Source: Trichinella spiralis
Taxonomy: Eukaryota
Reading direction: 5' to 3'
DNA length: 64,000 nt
Assembly: GCF_000181795.1 (NCBI RefSeq)
Contig: NW_003526944.1
Coordinates: 2,345,434-2,409,433 of the forward strand
Shown here: positions 54,234 to 64,000 of the stretch, one piece after another
How positions within the stretch are numbered: the stretch's first letter is position 1
Layout of the letters: the number at the start of each line of letters is the position of its first letter
Translations under genes and position numbers: made by a program
Notes under the pieces: generated by a model
Seen by the model: only the letters and a program-made list of their open reading frames with translations
Told to the model about the DNA's origin: nothing
The model's database searches: none

Positions 54234-55717
54234 ATGTCCATTTTAATAGGTGAGATTTATTTGTTTTCTTTTTCATTTAATTGCATTACATAATACTTGA
54301 TATCTTGATCTGTCCTGTCTGTCTGTCTGTCTGTTGTTAAAATAATAAATTTGAATCAATTCATTTTTAAAATGCTCTTAATTAGTAATTTGAATAGCAT
54401 CGTTTGCGACTTTTGGTTCTGTATGAGTTAATTGGCTGGAAAAGTTGCATGTTGTGGAATCGACGATTTCATTTTAAATATTTATTTAAGCTGAAATTAT
54501 TATTTGATCAATGAAATATTTGTTTTCCAGGTGGTGGCACTGGATTTATTGGTTCCGCTTTGGTGAATCAGCTACGTTTTACAAAGTTCAAACCTGTTGT
54601 AATAAGCCGAAAGCAGAACTTTCCAACCACTTTAACTTGGGTTACTTTTGTTATATATATATATATTTATTTATTTATATACATTTGTGAAAGTTGTGCG
54701 TTTCAACGTTGAAAGGACATTTTTAAAGGACGAAATCAAACGTAATGGACTTCCATCCGATTGTCACGGTATCGTGAATTTAGCTGGAGCGACTATTGGC
54801 GATGTAAAAAAGCGGTAATTAATTTTGCTTTTCTGAAAACAATCATAAAGTGTTAATTGATTGGAAATATGAATATTAAAATTTGCATATTTTTGTGAAG
54901 TTGGACAGAAAAGTACAAGCAAGAAGTTTGTCAGAGTCGTATTGAAACGACAAGTCTGCTTGCTCAACTGCTGAAGAATGAACAGAAAAATCCGAAAGTG
55001 TTCATCACTGCTTCAGGAATCGGTCGATTGCCTTCTTTTCTACTATTGAATTTCTATATAAAATTTAATTTTTTAAAATTCAATTTCAGGCTATTATCCT
55101 CCAGGAACGAGTGAAATTTTTACTGAAAATAGTGAAGTGAAGTGTTCGAATGATTATTTTTCAAAGTTATGTCAGCAATGGGAAATTGCCGGTGACTTGG
55201 GTGAAAAGACAATTCATCGTCGTGTCATTGTTCGTATTGGTGAATAATTTTAATTGTGATCGAAATTTTATTAGCACAATGAACATATTGTAAGTTTTCC
55301 TTAGGATTGGTTTTGGGCCGTAATGGTGGAGCCATAAGACAAATGTATTTGCCATTTTGGTTAGGATTTGGTGGTCATATGGCCAGTGGTGAGCAACCAT
55401 TTCCATGGATTCACATTGACGATCTTGTCGGTATATTTGTTCACGCGTTGACGAATTCCAACGTTCGTGGCATTTTGAATGCCGTTGCACCTTCGATGAT
55501 CACAAACGCAGAGTTCACGAAAGCGTTTGGCAGCGCTCTGCACAGACCCACTCTATTTTCGGTGCCTGAGTTTGCGTTGAATTTCGCTTTTGGTAAGGAA
55601 AGAGCAGAAATGTTGATCCAGGGACAAAAGGTGAAACCGCAGCGAACCCTAGAATCTGGATACAAGTTCAAATATACCAATATATATGATGCAATGAAAC
55701 AAATTGTTGAAAATTGA
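54234..55717 (+). CDS. SDR39U1: Epimerase-family SDR protein SDR39U1 (YfcH/TIGR01777-like), multi-exon
   Basis: Spliced N-terminus MSILIG|GGTGFIGSALV (Rossmann motif), IVNLAGA, SRIETT, ASGIGYY, LCQQWE, GGHMASGEQPFPWIHIDDLV, LNAVAP and GQKVKPQRTLESGYKFKY. Confidence 0.94.
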
Positions 55718-56429
55718 GGTAGGTGTGATAAATGGTCGCAGTTTCTTTAAACTTTTGAATTCGACAATAAAGACTGCTTTGCATGCATAGCAAATGCATT
55801 TCTTCCATTAGTACTATTATAATTCTTATGGACATCTATCTTTCTTATAGATGAAAAGCAGTTACGTATTGCTGTGAGAGAGTACTGTAATGTGTTTTAA
55901 CTTTCAGTATCAATTGTTAAGAAATGCTTTAATATTTTATTTTTTATTCATTAAGATGACGCCATTTTAACTGTTAAATGAAAAATATCATTCATTCATT
56001 CAAAAATTTTTTATAATACACAACTGAATTTCTTTTTATCTTTGAAAATATCTTTTAGTTGGACAAAAAATAATATGAATTTTTGTTTAAAGCAAGTAAG
56101 TTATGTTAAAATGTGAGGGTAAAAAGTTTAAACAAAAGTGTTTAAAATGCGACTGCTTTAAACACAGATAAAGAGACGTCATAGTGCTCTGCATTGATGG
56201 TGCTTGCTGTTTGTTTTGAATCAACAATCGAATTGAGTGAGTGTGTGAATGAATCGGCTGTTTGTTGCTTATATATACATGCGGTTTGCTTGTTGCCTTG
56301 ACCACTGCGAACGTTTGACCTCCTAGTGTCGGGTCACGATTTCGTTCTTCTCATCTGCAGCTCCCATCAGCTATTTATAAATTTATTTTGCATATTAATA
56401 TTTTTGTTTGTTTGCTCGTTCAACGGAAG

Positions 56430-57776
56430 ATGCTTATCTTTGAACCGAGTCTTGAATTTTACTTCAAACCGCTCAATTCCGAACGTTCTCGATCGATTCG
56501 CTTAAAAATTACCTACACTGGCCGCGTTCCAATTGCCTGGATACTTCGGCCAACCGACTCGTATTGGTTCACTGTTTCGCCAATGTCGGTTTGTACACTG
56601 AAATCACAGCAGTCGGTAAGTGGAATTCATTTTTCAGTTGTTGTTGTTGTTGTTGTTTTTCTCTCTCATATTACTATTTGTTTCGTTTTATTCAATGAAA
56701 TGATTTGCATAGAATTTCATCTTTCACCAGTAGTTCATTGATCACCGACTGATGTCGTTAATACCAATTGTTTATTGATCGCTGGCATTTTTTTCAAACT
56801 TGCGTTTTCTTTTCATTACTGTAAGAAAGCTGTAGTACACTTTGGTTGCAGTTAATTTTTAAAATAATTTAGTATTTTTTGCAGTTCGTTTTTTAATTAA
56901 TCTTTATATTGTTTAAAGTTATTTAAAAATTGTTTTTTATGAAAGAAATACCCAGGTTTGTATAGAGCAATCTCATTATTTGAAAGCATTCTTTTAACGT
57001 GCCAATAAGCTATTTGTAATGCTTGAATTTGCTAAACTTGTCATTTAATAAATTTGACGTCTTCACTTCAGTTGATGTCAATTAAGATAATTTTAAATTT
57101 CTCAAACATTTTGTTGCATCGAATGAATGAATGTCAATTGTGAGGGAAAAACAATTTGATTGGCAGTTGTCAAGTTTAAATTTAATTTTCTTTTCCTTTG
57201 AGAGTGGAAATTTAGCAAATTTAATTATTTCAAGTATTATTTTTAATAAAAAAATGTTTGTGCTATTGTAATTATTATTCAAAGTGGTTTTTGTATTTTT
57301 CGATGATATCCAAATGGTAGTGGAAAAAATATCATATAATATGAATATTCTTTCCTTATTGATAAACGATACACAAGAAGGGCATGTAGATATGGAATTT
57401 GAATTTAATCTCATCTGATTAAGGAAAGATAAAAATTTCATTATTCTAGCCCATGTTCTATTTTGTTCATCGCTCGTGTTGTGCGATAATTCATCGATTT
57501 ATGATTTATTATAAATTTCGTAAAAATACAATTTTATGTTCAATCAACGGGTTATTTCTTCAGATTCTCGTACTGCTCGAAGATGTAAAAAACAACGCTC
57601 CTCTTGATCAACCCGTATTTCAATTACCAGGCCTCGTGATCGAGTGGTTGCATGTTTCCGTTCGAGATCTAGCTCGCTTTCAGCTCGGCAACATGCCAGT
57701 CAAACAGCGCATCTTGCGTATTCCTTCAATTACGTCCGACAAGCAAACTGTCGCTTCAGCTTCGACGTCTTTGTAG
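56430..57776 (+). CDS. Small divergent MSP/PapD-like domain protein, about 132 aa; exons 56430-56615 and 57564-57776
   Basis: LIFEPSLEFYFKP..SIRLKITYTGRVPIAWILRPTDSYWFTVSPMSVCTLKSQQS|ILVLL follows the MSP-domain pattern (L.I.P..L.F...L.L.N.....IAFKVKTT....Y.V.P..G.L.P.ES..V.V). A phase-0 GTAAGT..TTCAG intron joins the two ORFs in frame. Confidence 0.62.
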
Positions 57777-58312
57777 TAATAAAAAGGGAAAATGGACATG
57801 CAATCTTAATGTAGACATGCAGTGTAGTCAAAAGGTGTTCGTGTGTATGTGCGTTTGGTGTGCTGTGATGTGCATGTGTTCATTGCACATTGGCTTGCAG
57901 TTTAAAATGTTTAAAGTTTAAAGAAAAAAAAACTAATGGACAACGGGTGATCTGAAATGAAGTCAACAAAACAAAAGAAACAAACTTTCTCATAAAGAGG
58001 AGAGAGAGAGAGAGAAGAGAATAATAAAACAACTGATTTGTTCTTTTTTTTGGTGAAACAAATAATAATGATAAATCACTGTGGATTATTGTTAAAATTA
58101 TTCAGAAAAAAGAAATTGGCAGCAGTTCCCGCTGTGCAAAGATATATATACATAGAGATAGAGAGGAGGAGGAGGAGGAGGAAGAGGAAAGAGAAAAGCA
58201 GAGGAGATTTCGAATGGAAATTCTCTGCTCAACGACACCGGTAGAGAAGAGATGATGATAATTTGGAGAAATGAATTTAAAATTTTAAAAAAAAGTAAAG
58301 AAGCAATTCGCT

Positions 58313-61300
58313 TTAACCATTGCAAGATTCACCCTGGTTGGATGCGGTTGCACCAATGTTGGGCGAAACTTCCGACGTTGGAGAGGAGAAAACCGACGAG
58401 TCGATGTCGACGGAAACTTTCGTCACTAAATTGTCCAGATCATCTTCACTGCTCAGTGAACTCAACAACAAGCTACCCAAAGAAGGCGGACATCGATCAC
58501 CGTTCACCACTGCCGCATGCAAATTCGCGTCAGCTGACTCTTGTTCACCCTCTGAGCTTGTGTCTGCGGCGGCGTTGCTGCGATCAAGCTCCTCTCTCGT
58601 CCAACGTTCCATGAGACCACTTTCCAATTCGCATATTTTCGCTTTCAACTCTGCATTCGCTTGCATCAGTTCAGTTTCTTTCAACCTTGACATGACTGTC
58701 AATTCTTTCAACTGGAAATTACAACAAGACATTTATGTAGAGTCAGTGTGTCAAAAAATTTTAAAAAAGGTGAATATAATTGAACAAGATCATTAATATA
58801 TATATATAATTGATTCTATTATTTATAGCAAGCAGTACTTGCGATTCGAGATCGCTGGTTCGACGACGCTCTTCGAGCAGATTTTGTTGATGATCTCGTT
58901 CTTTGAACGAACACTGCTCGTGTTCAAGTGTCAGACGTTTGAATTCTTCATCTTGACGTCTGATTTGATTGGTGCAGACGTGATTCAGAGTTTCAAGTTC
59001 CATAACACGCTGGCGCATCTCTTTCAACTGGCCCAGCGTCTCCGCCTCCCGTATGCGAACGCCCATCAGCAAATCTTCCAATTCTTTCATTCTCGCTGGC
59101 GTGCAAGCTTGCTCTTTGACAACGACGGGCCTCTTTTCCAATCCTTCCAGCGGTTCGGGTAATTCCATTGCGGTGTGCAGCTGAAAATGACAACACATCG
59201 TCCATTCACGTTGTATGTATGTTTCGCGTTGAAAAAATTTCCAGAATACTTTTGCTCTGAAACCGCGTGCACCTCCCAACCTTCCTTCCCTTCCTCCCCT
59301 ACCCCCTCTCCGTCATTTTCTGAGCTAAAATTTACCTTCCAGTCGTTGCTCAAATCGACCAACTTCTGGCGCACTTCTTTCAACGAAAGATTCGCCTCCG
59401 CTTCTCGCATTTTCACCGCAATCAAATCTTCCTGAATGCTTGCAACGCAGTTGTCGGGCGGCGCTTCTTTGAGCCTTTTGTTCGCCTTCAACCAAACAAG
59501 CAAGCAAGCGATCAGCGCATTCATTCATTAAGATCGTGGATTTATTTATTTGTTCATTTGAACATTTGAATAAACGAAAAAAAATATGCTCACCGTTTCC
59601 AATTCGTTGATGCGATTTTTCAGCTCTTTGATCAACAATTCTTGATCAGTCTCACGCACCTGAGACTGCATCAACTCTTGCTGCAAAGTTTGGATGTGCT
59701 CGATCATGCAGGCGTCGTCCGCTTGCACCGCGATATCCAGGCGGTCCATTGCTCGCTAATTGGGTACCAAACAACACGCGTCAATATGAATTATTGGGCA
59801 AAAAGAAAAACAAAAAGAGCAAGCAGCAGAGCATATACTTTTGACGTCAAATCGCGAACAGTTTCGTAGGCTTCTTCAAGTTGTTTTTTGATTTCTGAAT
59901 GCAACTCGCGCAACGATGACATGTCATGAGTTAAGTTGATCAACTTTTCCGTCTCTTGTGCCAAAGCGACTTGCTTGTCGATCAGTCTGTCGGCTAGTGA
60001 AGCACTTTCCTGTCAAAATGCACGTAGTTTTTTCCCCTTTTGAACAATATTCAAATCTTATTTTTTTTTGTTTTTTTTTAACACTTACTTGTTCTAAACA
60101 TTCGACGCGTTGACGCAGAAGACGATTTTCTGTTCGTATTCCCTGAAAAAGAAAATTTTAATAACAATTTTACAATTTCTTTTCAGCTCTGAACACAATG
60201 CAATGGTTTTGGGAAGATGAAAAGGGAAGTTCAAAATAGCAATCTACCTCATACGTGGCCAGTTCCATTTAACTGGGGAACATCAAAGCTCAACAACGCA
60301 CAACAACAACAACAACAACAAATTCATTCAGTTCCGCGCACGCTGCTAATACAACTACCGTGAATAAAAGATTTTCAAGTAAGTCTAGTTTTTTAATCTT
60401 AATTGCGTGACCGTGAAAAAAATTTCTTTTTTTTTCTTCTACTTTTTATTTTTGAAACCTTTTCGTAAGAAACTTTTCCATTGCATTGTGTTTTTATCGA
60501 CTCTGATAAATTGGTGATAAGTGACACTTAATAAAAAGTAAGTTGTAATTATTTTCAAGTTTGGCTTAGTTTTTCACATCTGAAAGAGTTGTCATTGGAA
60601 GAGTCATTTGTGCACGATAAAACTTGCTTGTTGCTTTTTTTTGTTCTTGAAAATTAATCACTAATTTTTGAAAAAAGTAAGAATAATATAGTGGTGAAAA
60701 ATATATTCTATCTAAAAGGAATTATGTTTACCCTCAGTTCGATGGCTTCTTCTTGATCTTTGCTTCGCTTTACCCAGTAGTCTTTTTCGAGCCTGAAATT
60801 GAAGTGCATTTTACTGATAAGCATGTAGTAGGGTGGATTAATTGAGCTTCAAGGGTGGTATGGTTACTTTTTCATCAGTTTGGGATTGCATTTGATTCCA
60901 AACGCAACTGAAAACAGACGTTCAGGATCATTTTCGAATTTTTCCGCCACATCGCGTTGAAAATACTGAAACAGCGTATGCATTACATTAGCTGTTGTCA
61001 TTTGAAAATTATCTGCTTCAATGAATGGGTGATTCTTGATGAATTCTTTTGAAATTATTGTGAGATTTTTATTGATAAGAATTTTTCATTTGTTATAAAT
61101 TTGATTTAATTGAGCAGAGAAGGTGGAAATAATCGTTGATAATTTACAATTAATTTTCATAATAAAGCATAATAAACACCATTATACATAATAATGCACA
61201 GTTTGAAATTTATGTTGATTTATTGTTTTCATTGATCATTGATTACAATAATTTGTATCATTGATTGTATAAAACTTACCCGGAGCATGCCTTCCATATC

Positions 61301-63186
61301 GAGAGTTAGCAAATCAATTCGACAAAGTTGCAAAATTGCCAAAGCAATGCGAAAAGCAATTGATATTTTCTGAAGTAGAAAAAAATATGAAATTTTATCC
61401 AGAAAGACATCACCTTAAAGTGCTTACGTCTATTAGGAGGAGATCTAAAATTCGAAATGCAATATCTAGTGGAAGTTGTGTAGAGAAAAGAGTCAAAAAC
61501 CATGATGAAGCATACATGCTTGTATCGAAGCCCATGTTTTGAAAATGAGCATGCAATTCTGGCATTTGATCCTTCATGAAGTTTTCAGTTATTTATTTAA
61601 GTTGAGAAATTGAAAAATCAGACACACCTGTACAAGGCACTCTAATTGGAACATGCATAGACCCAGTTCTGCCATTGTTGGTTTGTACAGTTCTCGAAGA
61701 CGGTATTCTTCCATCAATTTTAGCAAAACTGAAAACGCTTCTTCTTCAGGCATCTGCAATATTTTTAGAAATGTTAATCAAATTGCAGTATAACAATATT
61801 GATTTGTCATTACATGCAATAAGAGCATTCCTGCAACGAAAGCACTTCCTTGACAATATCCAACTTCTCGATCATGAATACTGTAAGCCTAAAAGCAGAG
61901 CGTAAAAAGTGAAAGTAATAGCAATTATAATAATATTTTTCGACCTTCATGACGTTGAATAAACTCTGCTGTCCTCGTCCATCTTCGCTGAAAAATTTAT
62001 GCTCAGGAAAAGTACGTGATATATCCCGTCGAATGGCTTTTTCATGTGGAGAGTTGGAGCGCAGATATTCAGCATAGGCATCGTGAGCGGGTGCTTGATT
62101 TGCACCGGATAGCAATTGCCAAGCAAGAGTGCGAAAGTAATTTGGGATTCCTTGACGAACTAAATCCTTAAATGAATTGTTTTTTCATATTACCATTTGT
62201 ATTAAGAATAGTTATAAAAGAGGGCATAATAAATAAATAAATAAATAAATCAGTATATATGTATGTAGATGTAAATTTTGGCTTAGTGAAGAAATGCAAA
62301 TGAAAATTACTCTAATAAGCTGAGGCTGCTTTTTGGATTCAGTTTCCCAATTTTTTACCAAATGTGCCCACGTGGCCCATAGATCTTCACTTTCATCAGC
62401 AAGTTCTGTTGGGCTGTCATTAGTTGCACTTGTACTTTCTGTTGATGAATCACCAGAACGTAGGCTGCCATTTCCACTCACTGATCTATTATCAAGTTGA
62501 TTTGCCCTGAAATATTACAATTTAGCTATTTTTGTTTTTAAAGAATAATTTTGTTGTTGCATTGTTTAAGTTAATTGTCTATAATTTAAATAGGCTCATT
62601 TACATAGTTTAATTGAAAATTTTTGCCCAGTAATTTGACGTGAAAATTAGGAATTTGCTTTTTTCCCTTTATTCGTATGAATTTTGCATTACTTGCGGTA
62701 AATAATTGGATTGTTGTACAGAAATGTGGTGCAGTGCACTTTTTAACGGTTCCATTAAAGTTGCTCTTGTAGAGCATCAGTTTGCTTGAAAATTATCTGA
62801 GAAAAACTAGTTCTATTGAAAAAGAAAAGAATTTTCTAAACTGAAATGCAAACATCAAAATAGTCGACCTATATGAAGTGTATTTCAAAAAGTCATTACC
62901 GTATAACTAACAATTGTATATCGAAAATAAAACATCAATTTACAAATTTGAAAATGCAGATAGAAATTTCATTTTAAAACTTAAAAAAATAATTGATTTT
63001 CTAAATTTAATTTTTAAATGAAATTTAAAGAAAGGAAATTTGTATATCTTACCTGTTTACGGCTACCATCTTTTTTAACACTTCCTTATCTTCGTTTGAT
63101 AATTGCCCTTCTTCAATATCTGAGCAAATATCATTCAAGCAGTTGTTAGCAGTTTGGAATTCACCAGCCACAACCATTGTATTCAT
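58313..63186 (-). CDS. EVI5: EVI5-like Rab-GAP (TBC domain plus long coiled coil), multi-exon
   Basis: [39 protein letters not shown] (R-finger), GYCQG (Q-finger), [22 protein letters not shown] and [20 protein letters not shown]. The start at 63186 is plausible; an apparently non-coding exon lies upstream (donor about 63517). Confidence 0.93.
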
Positions 63187-64000
63187 AATTTCCAAATCAA
63201 GTCCAATCAGAAATTGCTGCGTGTTGTGTTTCTTTTATTTACCAACAATAGGTAAATTTTATTCATTTCATCATTGGGAATAAGCAAACATTGGATGCTA
63301 ATGAAATCTGAAAAGAATAATCTTTGAAATATTAATATAGAGATATTTCTTTCGTTTTGTTTTTTTTGAGCATGACAATTTTCATAAAGTAAAAGCAATT
63401 TGTAGAATAGATCTGGAAAATAATGAGGGAAAGCGAGAGAGAGAGGGAGAGAGAAATTTTGATTGCCAGCCAAACAACATTTGATGAACAAGCAAGCATT
63501 CAACGCACACTATTCAACCTGTTCTCTTTGCCAGGCAAGCAGAAAGGACCGAACTAGTTCAAGCAGGTATTGGTGGTGATGGCACGACCCTCTGAGATAC
63601 GGGGCTTTCAAGCTAGTAAATAACAACAACGATGACCATCAAGGCTGGTTGTCGAGGCCGAATTTTCCCATTTCTGTTTATACTGTACCGATGCGATGTG
63701 CATCAGATGTTTTTTATCAATTTCAAAAGCATCTCGTTAGCGTTGCTGCTGCTACTGCTACTGAAACACTCGACGAACAAATTACCTCTCGTTGTTGTCG
63801 TTGTTGTTACATCACACAGCCTCATTTACAAAACCCAGCAGTTGGTTGGTACACGCTTACACGAAACTTCTGTTGGCATTTTATAATTGACGGACGCTTT
63901 TCCTCTTAGCCTGCCGTATTGGCGCGTTTAACCTGGCCAAAAATTGAGGTCGACGAGAGCAGTACTGTACATTACAGTTGGAATCGACAGTTGCTGGTTG

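Noticed and set aside
56292..56305. X-box-like GTTGCCTTGACCAC upstream of the MSP-like gene
   Set aside because: Only the left half-site matches; the spacer and right half deviate.

Overview
This is AT-rich eukaryotic DNA with many short GT-AG introns. Two nematode-type MLT-10-family genes, the gene density and the intron style point to a nematode, most likely a clade I parasite such as Trichinella (inference, not verified). I reconstructed 14 protein-coding genes by hand. In order they are LATS/Warts kinase (-), NDC80 (-), an IER-family immediate-early protein (+, whose first coding exon is missing from the ORF track), IFT122 (+), two tandem MLT-10-like genes (-), P5A-ATPase ATP13A1 (+), IMPDH (-), ribophorin I (-), MetAP2 (+), contactin (-), SDR39U1 (+), a small divergent MSP-domain protein (+) and an EVI5-like Rab-GAP (-). 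I saw no mobile elements, tRNA/rRNA or CRISPR, and no wholly new multi-gene system. The best leads are the IER-like gene with a CRE/CCAAT promoter, a consensus RFX X-box before IFT122, a hidden 25-nt exon in EVI5, the MLT-10 pair, overlapping convergent 3' ends, candidate operons and an abbreviated lectin domain in contactin. CDS coordinates run start to stop and include introns; not every internal exon boundary was checked.
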